From positions 1 through 51,255 of the forward strand of contig JAFZHX010000006.1 in assembly GCA_017554665.1 (NCBI GenBank): 51,255 nt of DNA, in the 5' to 3' direction. A program made the translations under genes and the position numbers. The stretch is from Alphaproteobacteria bacterium (GTDB taxonomy: Bacteria; Pseudomonadota; Alphaproteobacteria; Rs-D84). Of the stretch, positions 9,910 through 19,777 are shown piece by piece (the first letter of the stretch is position 1; each line of letters opens with the position of its first letter). The notes below the pieces were generated by a model. The model was not told the origin of the DNA. It saw nothing but the letters and a program-made list of their open reading frames with translations, and did no database searches.

Positions 9910-9988
9910 TTTGTCACGCATTTACTTTACAAAGAAAATAAACAGTTATAAGATATAATCCAAATTACTAAGTAAAAGGATAATTAAG

Positions 9989-11266
9989 ATGTTGGATATA
10001 AAATTTATTCGTGAAAATCCAGACCAAGTAAAAAAGGCCTGTGAATTAAAAGGCTTTACAGACTATACAGACGAAATTTTAAAATTAGACGCACGCGTTC
10101 GCGAATTAAAAACTATTACTCAGGCAAAAACTGCTGAAAAGAATAAAATCACTCGCGAAATTCCAACAGCCACTGACAAGGCTCCATTGATTGCAAAATC
10201 CAAAGAAATAAACATTGAAATTGCAAACGACTTGGCGGAACTGGCAGACAAAGAAAACGAACTAAAAGAATTATTACATCGCACTCCACAAATCCCAAGT
10301 GCAGACACACCTTTTGGTCACGATGACACAGACAATGTAGAAGTCCGTCGTTCTGGCACACCGCGTGAATTTGACTTTACGCCACGTCCACAGTGGGAAT
10401 TGTTAGAAATGAACAACTGGTACAAGCCCGAAAAAATAGCTTCTATTTGCGGCACTCGCACATACGCGTTATTTGGCGAAGCTGCAGAATTAGAATTAGC
10501 AATACAGACTTATGTTATTCAAAAGCTAATATCCAAAGGCTTTACATTTGTAAATTGTCCTGCGATAACAAAGCCACAAACAATATTTAATGCGGGCCAC
10601 TTTATGGGCACAGACACCTCTGTTATGAACAACGATGTATTTATGTTAACAGACACAGACCGTTGTTTAGCAGGTACAGCTGAAATTATTTTAAATTCTT
10701 TACACAGTGATGAAGTTTTAAATGAAAAAGACTTGCCAATTAAATACGCAGGTTTTTCACCATGCTTCCGCAAAGAAGCTGGCGCAGCTGGACGCGACAC
10801 TCGCGGAATTGTTCGCATACATCAGTTTAACAAAGTTGAACAATACATCTATTGTACACCGGAACAATCTGATGAAATGCACGAACATTTATTAAACAAC
10901 TTGTGTGAAATCATGGAAGATTTGGAATTACCATATCGTGTTATTATGGCATGTACTGGCGACATGGGCTTTAACAAGGTTAAAATGCACGATGTCGAAG
11001 CATGGTTCCCAAGCGAAAACACATATCGCGAATTAGGTTCTTGTTCTTCGATTGGTCAATTCCAGGCACGCAGAACAAATACCAGATATCGTGCCACAGA
11101 CGGCAGCATGCAATTTTGTGCAACATTGAACAACACAGGCATTGCCCTGCCACGTGCGATTGTACCTGTTATTGAAAACCACCAAAACCCAGACGGTTCT
11201 GTCAACATCCCTGTAAAGTTACAACCTTTGATGGGTGGCCGCACAAAAATTGGTGGAAAACACTAA
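9989..11266 (+). CDS. serS: Serine--tRNA ligase
   Basis: MLDIKFIRENP, LAGTAE, FRKEAGAAGRDTRGIVRIHQFNKVE, YRELGSCS, TLNNT. Confidence 0.97.
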   Translation: MLDIKFIRENPDQVKKACELKGFTDYTDEILKLDARVRELKTITQAKTAEKNKITREIPTATDKAPLIAKSKEINIEIANDLAELADKENELKELLHRTPQIPSADTPFGHDDTDNVEVRRSGTPREFDFTPRPQWELLEMNNWYKPEKIASICGTRTYALFGEAAELELAIQTYVIQKLISKGFTFVNCPAITKPQTIFNAGHFMGTDTSVMNNDVFMLTDTDRCLAGTAEIILNSLHSDEVLNEKDLPIKYAGFSPCFRKEAGAAGRDTRGIVRIHQFNKVEQYIYCTPEQSDEMHEHLLNNLCEIMEDLELPYRVIMACTGDMGFNKVKMHDVEAWFPSENTYRELGSCSSIGQFQARRTNTRYRATDGSMQFCATLNNTGIALPRAIVPVIENHQNPDGSVNIPVKLQPLMGGRTKIGGKH

Positions 11267-11269
11267 TAA

Positions 11270-11293
11270 AAAATCCCCCAAATGGGGGATTTT
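11270..11293. terminator. Bidirectional terminator
   Basis: AAAATCCCCCA-aa-TGGGGGATTTT between convergent genes. Confidence 0.8.
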
Positions 11294-11294
11294 A

Positions 11295-11813
11295 TTATTT
11301 CTGAAACAATCGTGCATATTCAACAAACGGTCTTGCAAAACAATTTGCAGATTCGACTGCCAACTCACTTTTATATTTCTTTGCATTTTCAACAATTTCT
11401 GTTGCGTACGTATCACTGTGTCCATCATACATCCACTGTTGCACAGCACGACAGAAACGATAATATTCCGCACCATTACCATCAAAGAATACACCCGTTG
11501 CTTTGTTCCAAACGATACCTGTTGGATCTTGGACAATATAATAAGCACTGGACAAATCATGTAATTTTTTCTGTTGTGCGTATTCCTTTGCACGTTCAAT
11601 CCATGCCTTCTCTGTCGATTCACGTGAAAAATGCGCATCTGGATTTTTTGCAACCTGTTCCATAAACACCAAACTGCGCGCAGCATCACAACGTTCTTTT
11701 AAATTCATAGCTTTCCAACGTGTTTTCAAACGTACACGTGCCAAATCTGTTAAACATTTGAATCCCTGCTCAATATTTTTTTTAACATCTTGTTCTTTAT
11801 AAACTTTATTCAT
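11295..11813 (-). CDS. Hypothetical protein (172 aa)
   Basis: Fills the gap between the terminator and the typA promoter region; AAGGG RBS; no recognised motif. Confidence 0.7.
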   Translation of the reverse strand: MNKVYKEQDVKKNIEQGFKCLTDLARVRLKTRWKAMNLKERCDAARSLVFMEQVAKNPDAHFSRESTEKAWIERAKEYAQQKKLHDLSSAYYIVQDPTGIVWNKATGVFFDGNGAEYYRFCRAVQQWMYDGHSDTYATEIVENAKKYKSELAVESANCFARPFVEYARLFQK

Positions 11814-11953
11814 CTTTACAACCCTTTATCATTACTGTTATAAAACATAGACAAAATACCACTAATGTCAATAGATTTTATAATATATTCTTGAAAAAAC
11901 AAAAAAATAGTTATACCCTGCTTTGGCAAAACAAAAATATGAGGCATAAAATC

Positions 11954-13786
11954 ATGAAAATTCGCAATATTGCAATTATTGCACACGTTGACCATGGAAA
12001 AACAACACTGGTTGACAATATGTTAAAGCAAGCCGGCACATTCCGCGAACACGAAAAAGTCGAAGATCGTGTTATGGACAGTGGGGACATTGAACGCGAA
12101 CGCGGCATTACCATATCTGCCAAACCTACATCTATTCAATGGGGTGAATACAAGATTAACATTGTTGACACACCTGGGCACGCAGACTTTGGTGGCGAAG
12201 TAGAACGCATTTTATCGATGGTTGACGGTGTTGTATTATTGGTTGACAGTGCCGAAGGCCCATTGCCTCAGACCAAGTTTGTATTATCCAAGGCTTTAAA
12301 GCTGGGATTGCGTCCAATTGTATGCATTAACAAGATTGATCGTGGCGACGCACGTCCAGACGAAGTTTTAACAGAAACATTTGATTTATTTGACAAACTG
12401 GGTGCAACAGATTCTCAATTGGACTTCCCATATTTGTATTCTGTTGGTCGCGATGGCTGGGCTGTTCGCAACTTAAATGACGAAAGAAAAGATTTAACAC
12501 CATTATTTCAGTTAATTGTTGACCATGTACCTGCACCAGATTGTAATGGCGAACGTTGTCAACTTGACGCACCATTTACGATGTTGGCAACAACCCTAGA
12601 AGCAGATCCATATGTTGGCAGAATTTTGACTGGCAAGATTGAATCTGGCACGGTACGCGTTGGCCAATCAGTCAAAGCAATCAATCGCAATGGAGAGTTT
12701 ATTGAAAACGCCAAGATAACAAAAATCATTGAACATCGTGGTGTTGAAAAAGTATCTCGTGATTCTGCATCTGCTGGCGACATTGTTGTTGTTGCAGGTT
12801 TTTCCAAAGCGACAGTGGCAGACACATTATGTGACCCAAGTGTTACAGAACCTATTCCAGCGATACCTATTGATCCACCTACCCTGACGATGACCTTCTT
12901 TGTGAACACATCGCCATTGGCTGGTAAATCTGGCAAGAAATTAACCTCTCGTATGATTGGCGAAAGACTGTTCAAAGAAGCAGAAACAAATATTGCATTA
13001 AAAGTTGAACAAAGCGAAAACAACGAAGCATTTGAAGTATCTGGTCGTGGTGAATTACAACTTGGTATTTTGATTGAAACAATGCGTCGTGAAGGCTTTG
13101 AATTATCAGTATCTCGCCCACGCGTTGTTATGACAGAAGATGAAAACGGTGAAAAGCTTGAACCAATCGAAGATGTAGTAATTGATGTTGACGATGAATT
13201 CAGCGGTGTTGTTATTGAAAAGATGACAAAGCGCAAAGCAACAATTACAGAAATGAAAGCATCTGGTGGTGGCAAAACACGAATTGTATTTTCTGCACCA
13301 TCACGTGGTTTGATTGGATATTTATCAGAATTCCGCACAGACACACGTGGTACAGGCATTATGAATCGCGTATTTGACAAGTACGACACATACCGCGGTG
13401 CGATTCAACAATATCGTCCTGGTGTATTGGTATCTATGGAAAAAGGCAGTGCTGCAACATACGCATTATTTAACTTGCAACCACGTGGCACTTTATTTAT
13501 TGAACCACAAACCGAAGTTTATTCAGGTATGATTATTGGCGAACACAGCAAAGAAAACGACCTGGAAGTAAACCCGATCAAAGGTAAAGAACTAACAAAC
13601 ATGCGTTCTGTTACAGCTGATGAAAAGTTATTCTTGGCACCTCCTCGCAGAATATCTTTGGAAGAAGCGTTATCATACATCTTGGATGACGAGCTGGTAG
13701 AAATCACACCAGACACAATTCGTCTTCGCAAGAAAGAACTTGATAGTAACACTCGCAAAAAGTTAAAGAAACATATCGAAGAATAA
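11954..13786 (+). CDS. typA: Translational GTPase TypA/BipA
   Basis: [57 protein letters not shown]. Confidence 0.97.
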   Translation: MKIRNIAIIAHVDHGKTTLVDNMLKQAGTFREHEKVEDRVMDSGDIERERGITISAKPTSIQWGEYKINIVDTPGHADFGGEVERILSMVDGVVLLVDSAEGPLPQTKFVLSKALKLGLRPIVCINKIDRGDARPDEVLTETFDLFDKLGATDSQLDFPYLYSVGRDGWAVRNLNDERKDLTPLFQLIVDHVPAPDCNGERCQLDAPFTMLATTLEADPYVGRILTGKIESGTVRVGQSVKAINRNGEFIENAKITKIIEHRGVEKVSRDSASAGDIVVVAGFSKATVADTLCDPSVTEPIPAIPIDPPTLTMTFFVNTSPLAGKSGKKLTSRMIGERLFKEAETNIALKVEQSENNEAFEVSGRGELQLGILIETMRREGFELSVSRPRVVMTEDENGEKLEPIEDVVIDVDDEFSGVVIEKMTKRKATITEMKASGGGKTRIVFSAPSRGLIGYLSEFRTDTRGTGIMNRVFDKYDTYRGAIQQYRPGVLVSMEKGSAATYALFNLQPRGTLFIEPQTEVYSGMIIGEHSKENDLEVNPIKGKELTNMRSVTADEKLFLAPPRRISLEEALSYILDDELVEITPDTIRLRKKELDSNTRKKLKKHIEE

Positions 13787-13863
13787 AAAGTCCCCCGATT
13801 GGGGGATTTTTTTATAGAAGAAAGAAAAAAACACAAAAATAAAAACCGCCATTTGGCGGTTCT
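13786..13863. terminator. Two terminator hairpins between convergent genes
   Basis: TCCCCC-gatt-GGGGGA+T8 and AACCGCCA-tt-TGGCGGTT. Confidence 0.75.
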
Positions 13864-13871
13864 TATTATTC

Positions 13872-16046
13872 TTATTTGATACCTACTGTGAATTCGTCAC
13901 CCCAACCTGCTACTGCCTGACCACCGACAGTACATTTCAGATCTTCGAATCCATCTTCTACTTGATGCTTTTTCATAACACTACTTGTTATCAAACCACC
14001 AGCTGTACCCAAAACTACGGCTGCAATAGAGTCTGAAGCAAGACGAGCAGTATTAAACTTACCTTCTGCATTTCTCCAAGCAGTTACTTTCAAGTCAGCA
14101 ATAGTTGTATCCAAGCTTTCAACAGCAGCATTAATCGCAGGTCTTTCATCCACAACAGGGTCAACATAAGGATCAACAACAGGATCTACTGGAATAACAG
14201 GATCTATAACAACAACATTATCACGATCGTCGATAAGCACATTATTATCATCTTGACAAGAACTTACAGCTTCCACAACTAACTGATACAAAATATCATA
14301 GTCTTCTTTTGTTGTAAACTTAGCACAGAATTGTTGCAATTGCAGAACCAAATTGAAACTCTGAGTATTGTTCACACACTGAGTCATCCAAATATTAATA
14401 TTCTGAACAACTTCTGGATCGCATTTATTTATAACTACAGTTGATTTAGTCTTGCAGCTACCTTTGCCATTAACAATACTAAACTCTCTGTTATCGTTGG
14501 TGCAACGGCAAGTATCTGTTGCTTCTTCATATACTGCAACCTCTTTTGCCAAATCGCAACATGCTATACCATTATCGGTTTTGCGTAAATCACGGCACTT
14601 TTTCTTTACAGGTTGCGGTGCAACACAAGAACGAGAAGCAGCATTAAATACCTTGCTCTTGTCATTACATACACAAGTACCATCTGTCCACTTTACTGTG
14701 TTTTGATCTGCTTCGCAACATGCTTCACATTTTATTTTCTGAGCAGAATCTGTTATACCAGCACATTTTGTTGTCTTACAACTATTAACAACAGGTTTTT
14801 CGTCTGCGGTTTTACAAAGCAAAACATTATTAGATTTGCAATATACATTAAACTTTGAATTCTCATCCTTAGGATCGCCATCTTCGAACTGAGAACATTC
14901 GTTATAGTTGACAGTCATTTTAGCATTAGTTGCGCTATCCATCAACCATGTACCAACATTGAATGTATGCCCGCGGAATGTACATGTTTCTTCTTGACTA
15001 ATCAAATTCCACTGACCGCCAGAACCACCACATTTATATATAGCACCACCAGCTACTTTTTTGCCTTTAAACACGTGTCCTGCAGGCATTGTAACAGTTT
15101 TACCCTTCACACAATGTGTATCATTATCACATTCCCATACTTTACCACCTGATATAACACCACCACCGTTTTCAACAAGCGTTGTTGCTTGTTTATAAGC
15201 CGCTTCTGTTTCATACAAGTATTCATCGTGTTCTGGTTTCTGATTACCTTTGAATGTGATAAAGGCTTCACCACATGTACCAACCCTTTTAACCCAATTA
15301 TCGCCGTTGCAAACATAAGCAGTAACACTATTTACTACATTACCCCCAAACACGTGGCCTTCAGGCATTACAACTTCTTTATCCTTTGCACACCAGTCAT
15401 TATCACATTCCCATACTTTACCTGGCAAACCCTGATATTCATCTTTACCTACTTTATCTATAGTTGGGTTATTGTTTTTAACCATAATGAACACATTGTT
15501 GTTTTCATACAAATATTCATTATCGGTCTTTCTCTGCGTACCCACAAAACGAACATAGTTCACACCACAAGCTGGGTTTTTGAACTCAGGGTTACTTGAT
15601 GCAGAAGAAGAACCACCCGAAGAAGATGATGATGATGCAGAAGAAGAACCTCCCGAAGAAGAACTATTAGCAACAGAGACCCAATTATTACCATTACACT
15701 TATAGGTAGTTTTTGTATTTACTACATTACCACCAAACACGTGGCCTGCAGGCATTTCAACCTCTTTACCCTTTGCACACCAGTCATTATCACATTCCCA
15801 TACTTTACCTGACAAATTCTGATATTCATCTTTACCTACTTTATCTATAGTTGGGTTATTGTTTTTAACCATAATGAACACATTGTTGTTTTCATACAAA
15901 TATTCACTATCGGTCTTTCTCTGCGTACCCACAAAACGAACATAGTTCACACCACAAGCTGGGGTTTTGAACTCAGCCGCCTGCAGATTATGATTTACTG
16001 CTGCAACACAAAAAAACGTTACGATTGATAAGAAAATCTTTTTCAT
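13872..16046 (-). CDS. Secreted Cys-rich modular protein: three repeat domains, Cys-rich spacer, C-terminal Gly-rich hydrophobic segment
   Basis: Signal peptide MKKIFLS...; repeats with KVWECD..C and MP.GHVF.G; poly-Ser linker; DPVV repeats; SIAAVVLGTAGGLITS. Confidence 0.85.
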   Translation of the reverse strand: MKKIFLSIVTFFCVAAVNHNLQAAEFKTPACGVNYVRFVGTQRKTDSEYLYENNNVFIMVKNNNPTIDKVGKDEYQNLSGKVWECDNDWCAKGKEVEMPAGHVFGGNVVNTKTTYKCNGNNWVSVANSSSSGGSSSASSSSSSGGSSSASSNPEFKNPACGVNYVRFVGTQRKTDNEYLYENNNVFIMVKNNNPTIDKVGKDEYQGLPGKVWECDNDWCAKDKEVVMPEGHVFGGNVVNSVTAYVCNGDNWVKRVGTCGEAFITFKGNQKPEHDEYLYETEAAYKQATTLVENGGGVISGGKVWECDNDTHCVKGKTVTMPAGHVFKGKKVAGGAIYKCGGSGGQWNLISQEETCTFRGHTFNVGTWLMDSATNAKMTVNYNECSQFEDGDPKDENSKFNVYCKSNNVLLCKTADEKPVVNSCKTTKCAGITDSAQKIKCEACCEADQNTVKWTDGTCVCNDKSKVFNAASRSCVAPQPVKKKCRDLRKTDNGIACCDLAKEVAVYEEATDTCRCTNDNREFSIVNGKGSCKTKSTVVINKCDPEVVQNINIWMTQCVNNTQSFNLVLQLQQFCAKFTTKEDYDILYQLVVEAVSSCQDDNNVLIDDRDNVVVIDPVIPVDPVVDPYVDPVVDERPAINAAVESLDTTIADLKVTAWRNAEGKFNTARLASDSIAAVVLGTAGGLITSSVMKKHQVEDGFEDLKCTVGGQAVAGWGDEFTVGIK
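15009..15976 (-). repeat. Three tandem copies of a ~95-aa Cys-bonded domain
   Basis: ~15294-15587 and ~15681-15974 are near-identical DNA with a 387-nt period; ~15009-15275 is a diverged copy. Confidence 0.92.
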
Positions 16047-16152
16047 TATTCCTTCTCCTATTTAATTCTATCTCTTACATTTTATCATAATTTTTATTTT
16101 ATGACAAGCGAATAAACATAGCTAAGAACAAAAATTTCATTCAAAATAAATA

Positions 16153-17436
16153 TTATTTATATTCAGAAATAAGTTGTTGAATTTGCGCAGATAACACCAA
16201 ATCCAAAGACTGTTGTTTTTCAATTTGACGAATCGCATACAATACTGTTGCATGATCACGACCGCCAACAAAATTTCCTATTTCACTTAAAGACAAACCT
16301 GTAACCTGTTTCAATACAACCATCATAATTTGACGTGCCAAAACCAATGAACGACTGCGACCATTACCACATACTGCATCATATGAAACAGCCAACTTTT
16401 CACACATTTCACGAACCATAGCAGATGGTGTCTTTGTCTTTTGCAAAGTGTCTGACAATAAACGTTGTGCAATTTCCATATCAACACTTGCGCCCATCAA
16501 ATCTGTATAAGTCTTAATCTTGTTAGCAATACCAGCAACCAAATGTCCATCGTTCGCAATGCGTTGTACCAATGCAGCAGAAACATCAGAAGAAACACCA
16601 GCGCGTTGCAACATAACACCCTTTACATAGGCATTTGGTGCAACAACATCAACTGTCAAACCAGAAGCAAACAAAGACTGAACACTGCGCTCAAAACCTG
16701 TCAAATTATTAGGTGCAACATTTGATGTCAAAACAACATTTTTACCCATATTACGCAAATCAACAACCAACTGAACAAATTCTTCGGTCGAAGCCTTTTT
16801 GCCTGACAAAGTCTGAACATCATCCAAGATAAATGTATCACAATTACGGCAAAAATCTTTGAAAGCAAAAACATTGTGTTCTTTTAAAGAACGAGTAAAT
16901 TCAGAAACAAACTGAGCACCTGTCATTTTAACAACACGACCTGCTGCAGAATTTGCAATACAATCTGCCAATAAAGTCTTGCCACAACCGGAAACACCAT
17001 AAATAAATAGCGGTGAAAATGATACCAAACCAGCCGCTATTTTTTTACACGCAGATAAAACGAACAAATTTTCATCACAACAAACAAAAGATTCAAAACC
17101 TGCTGTTGTTTTTGGTGCAACCTGTGCAGGCATAAATACCTGAGTCTTGTTGTCATTTGCAACAGGAGCAACAGCAACAGTTGCAGCTGTGCGCACAACA
17201 ATCTTAACATCCAAGCCAAATTCACTTGCAACAGCTTTGATAACATTTGCATGAACACTATTGATAAAGTCTGCCGAGAATTGATTTTGTGCACCCAGCA
17301 CTAATGTATTATCTATTACTTCAAAATTCAGTGGAGAAATCCAAGATTTAAAACTAGCAGAATCGATTTTTGCGGCAATAGCCCCCTTGATATTTTCCAA
17401 GTTTATCATCAAATTTGCTGTTGCCATTGTCTGCAT
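16153..17436 (-). CDS. dnaA: Chromosomal replication initiator DnaA (divergent AAA+ module)
   Basis: Domain I (FKSWI), Walker A GVSGCGKT, Walker B ILDDVQ, domain IV ARQI.M...SLSEIG...GGRDHATV; AAGGAG RBS before ATG 17436. Confidence 0.9.
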   Translation of the reverse strand: MQTMATANLMINLENIKGAIAAKIDSASFKSWISPLNFEVIDNTLVLGAQNQFSADFINSVHANVIKAVASEFGLDVKIVVRTAATVAVAPVANDNKTQVFMPAQVAPKTTAGFESFVCCDENLFVLSACKKIAAGLVSFSPLFIYGVSGCGKTLLADCIANSAAGRVVKMTGAQFVSEFTRSLKEHNVFAFKDFCRNCDTFILDDVQTLSGKKASTEEFVQLVVDLRNMGKNVVLTSNVAPNNLTGFERSVQSLFASGLTVDVVAPNAYVKGVMLQRAGVSSDVSAALVQRIANDGHLVAGIANKIKTYTDLMGASVDMEIAQRLLSDTLQKTKTPSAMVREMCEKLAVSYDAVCGNGRSRSLVLARQIMMVVLKQVTGLSLSEIGNFVGGRDHATVLYAIRQIEKQQSLDLVLSAQIQQLISEYK

Positions 17437-17719
17437 ATTGTTTTCTCCTTTCCTTCCCTTCAAAGAGTTTCCTGCCCTTTCAACAAAAGAAGTTTTAATT
17501 CCTTTTGCCTATATTCAAAACACCGAAACTTTATAATTAAATTATATGTTCCAAATCCTAGAACAACCTGACTAAAAGATTAAATCTGACGTTCTAAAAC
17601 TTGTTTTGAATACGTCAAATAATCTATAAGATAAAATTCAGATTACAACAGAATATTGATTAAAAATCGAACATTTATTTTTTGACAACAATTCGGATTT
17701 TTACTAGTTTTCTGCGGTT

Positions 17720-17740
17720 TGTATATACACTGTATATACA
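17720..17740. promoter_or_regulatory. Tandem palindrome, candidate operator upstream of dnaA
   Basis: TGTATATACA-C-TGTATATACA: two perfect 10-bp palindromes with an 11-bp period. Confidence 0.45.
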
Positions 17741-17749
17741 TCAAAAGCA

Positions 17750-18772
17750 TTACATTCTGACATACCCACCGTCAACTTTTCGCACCAAACCTTGTAATTC
17801 TAACACAACTAAATCTGCTTTGATTTCCGAAACAGTTTTTTTGACAAGTTGTGCCAATACAGATTCTGACACTGGAACAACACCAAGTTTATCAATTAAA
17901 CTTTTTTCCGAATCGATTTTTTTTTCATTTTTTATTTTTGCATCATCATTTTTTACTATTTTGAAAAAGTCTTGAACCCCCAAACACAACTTTGCTTCAC
18001 CAGACCGAATCAGCGAGTTCGGCCCCAACCCGCGCAAATCTGCAGGATGCGAAGGAATCGCCCAAACATCTCGTTCAAAATCGATTGCGAATCGTGCAGT
18101 TATCATAGAACCAGACTTTAAATCTGCTTCACCCAAGATTAACTTGTCCGCCAATCCTGCGAGCCAACGATTTCGCTGCACAAAGTTAGTTGCGACTGGC
18201 ACAAAACCGACTGGCATTTCGCTAAGTATTACACCCCGCTCTACAATCTCCCAATACAGCGATTCATTTTCCAGTGGCCAAATATAATCTACCCCACCTG
18301 CCAAGACTGCGATTGTCTGAGCATTTCCATTTGCACGCAACGCGCCACGATGAGCAGCTGTATCTGTTCCAATAGCCATTCCAGAAACCACAGCGATATT
18401 ATTTTCCGCAAAAGCACAAGCAATATCTGCAACAAACCCCATACCTGTTGCGGTTGCATGTCGCGTCCCAACAATAGATACCTTTTTCTTTTTCAAAACC
18501 TCTATATTTCCGCGTACAGTTATAATTGGCGGATGATTTTTCAAGCATTTTAATTCACTTGGGTATAAATCATCATCATCTGATATATATATAATGTTAT
18601 TATGTTGTGCAAAATCCATTTCACGCGCCACAGCATCTTTCAAACCTACTGGTACATCCATATTTTTGACAACATTTGTTGCACTACCAAACTTGTCAAC
18701 AAGTTGTGCATAACGCACAGGTCCTATTTTAGGGGTACGAATTATCAACAACTTTTCAAACAAATCAGCCAT
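17750..18772 (-). CDS. dprA: DNA-processing protein DprA
   Basis: SIVGTR, VSGMAIGTDTAAHRGAL, NFVQRNR, SGSMITA; C-terminal winged helix. Confidence 0.93.
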   Translation of the reverse strand: MADLFEKLLIIRTPKIGPVRYAQLVDKFGSATNVVKNMDVPVGLKDAVAREMDFAQHNNIIYISDDDDLYPSELKCLKNHPPIITVRGNIEVLKKKKVSIVGTRHATATGMGFVADIACAFAENNIAVVSGMAIGTDTAAHRGALRANGNAQTIAVLAGGVDYIWPLENESLYWEIVERGVILSEMPVGFVPVATNFVQRNRWLAGLADKLILGEADLKSGSMITARFAIDFERDVWAIPSHPADLRGLGPNSLIRSGEAKLCLGVQDFFKIVKNDDAKIKNEKKIDSEKSLIDKLGVVPVSESVLAQLVKKTVSEIKADLVVLELQGLVRKVDGGYVRM

Positions 18773-18810
18773 AGTTATACTATATGATAAAAACAAGATT
18801 AAAAACCAAT

Positions 18811-18838
18811 AAAAAAATCCGCCAAAGCGGATTTTTTT
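18811..18838. terminator. Intrinsic terminator
   Basis: AAAAAAATCCGC-caaa-GCGGATTTTTTT. Confidence 0.8.
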
Positions 18839-18850
18839 ATAGTCTTATGA

Positions 18851-19690
18851 TTATTTGACCAGATCAAACAATCCCTTGTACTTGACACAACCATCGTTTG
18901 TTTCGTATTCGCCAACGCACTTTTGTTTTAGTATGCTCAACTGAGCAATAATTTTATCATAAGCAGCTTTGTCTTTCTGCTCTAATACCAAGATCTGAGA
19001 GCGCCACAATTCTTCGCCTTCCAAAGCTTTCTGACCTTCGACCTTGCCACCGATAAGTTTATTACCGAACAATTCCATTGCGCCTACACCCAAAGCTGCA
19101 CCACCAACTGTTGCACCAACTGTACCCCAAACACGAGCTTTTTTCTTGGCATCCAAAATTCTTTGACGCATATTATCAGCACTTACCCAAGAACCACAAG
19201 TAATACCCTGACCCATTTCAAAATATTTAGCTTCGATATCAGAGATATCAATTCTTTCATCATCTGTACCGATATTAACTTTTACAAAACAAGCATTATT
19301 TTCTGGGCTAACAGTATCTTCAACCATAGAAGCATAACCTGCACCAACACTGCTACGAGCGGCCCAAACGAAAGTATCACCAACACCGATATTATTAGAC
19401 ATACAAGCCGTACGTTCTTTTTCACGCTTATCTACAACTACTTCTTCTGTAACTTCTTCTGTAACTTCTTCTGTTTCAGTTTGATCACCAGTAGAAGTTG
19501 TAGGAGTATTAACCGAAGCGCCATTACCCGTTGAAGATTTCATTGAATAGATTTGATTTCTTGAAACGGTTGCACGTGAAGAAGCATCAGACTGACTCAT
19601 CATAGAAACACGACCGCGTCCAGCAGGTGTAGCAGCGACAGCATTTGTCATAATTAAACAACCGATGAACATAGAAAACATTTTTTTCAT
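18851..19690 (-). CDS. Secreted protein with Cys pairs and a Gly-zipper-like hydrophobic segment
   Basis: Signal peptide; 12-bp TEEV repeat near 19440-19474; VWGTVGATVGGAALGVGAMELFG. Confidence 0.8.
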   Translation of the reverse strand: MKKMFSMFIGCLIMTNAVAATPAGRGRVSMMSQSDASSRATVSRNQIYSMKSSTGNGASVNTPTTSTGDQTETEEVTEEVTEEVVVDKREKERTACMSNNIGVGDTFVWAARSSVGAGYASMVEDTVSPENNACFVKVNIGTDDERIDISDIEAKYFEMGQGITCGSWVSADNMRQRILDAKKKARVWGTVGATVGGAALGVGAMELFGNKLIGGKVEGQKALEGEELWRSQILVLEQKDKAAYDKIIAQLSILKQKCVGEYETNDGCVKYKGLFDLVK

Positions 19691-19777
19691 ATTCTCAACC
19701 CCTTATAATAAATTCCTTTCCATAGAATTATATCACAACTCAAACAAAAAGAAAAGCCCTTATTGAAAAAATTATAA

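Noticed and set aside
12559-13389. 276-aa antisense ORF, and the many similar shadow ORFs in the track
   Set aside because: They lie opposite well-conserved genes (here typA) and have no RBS or motif support.
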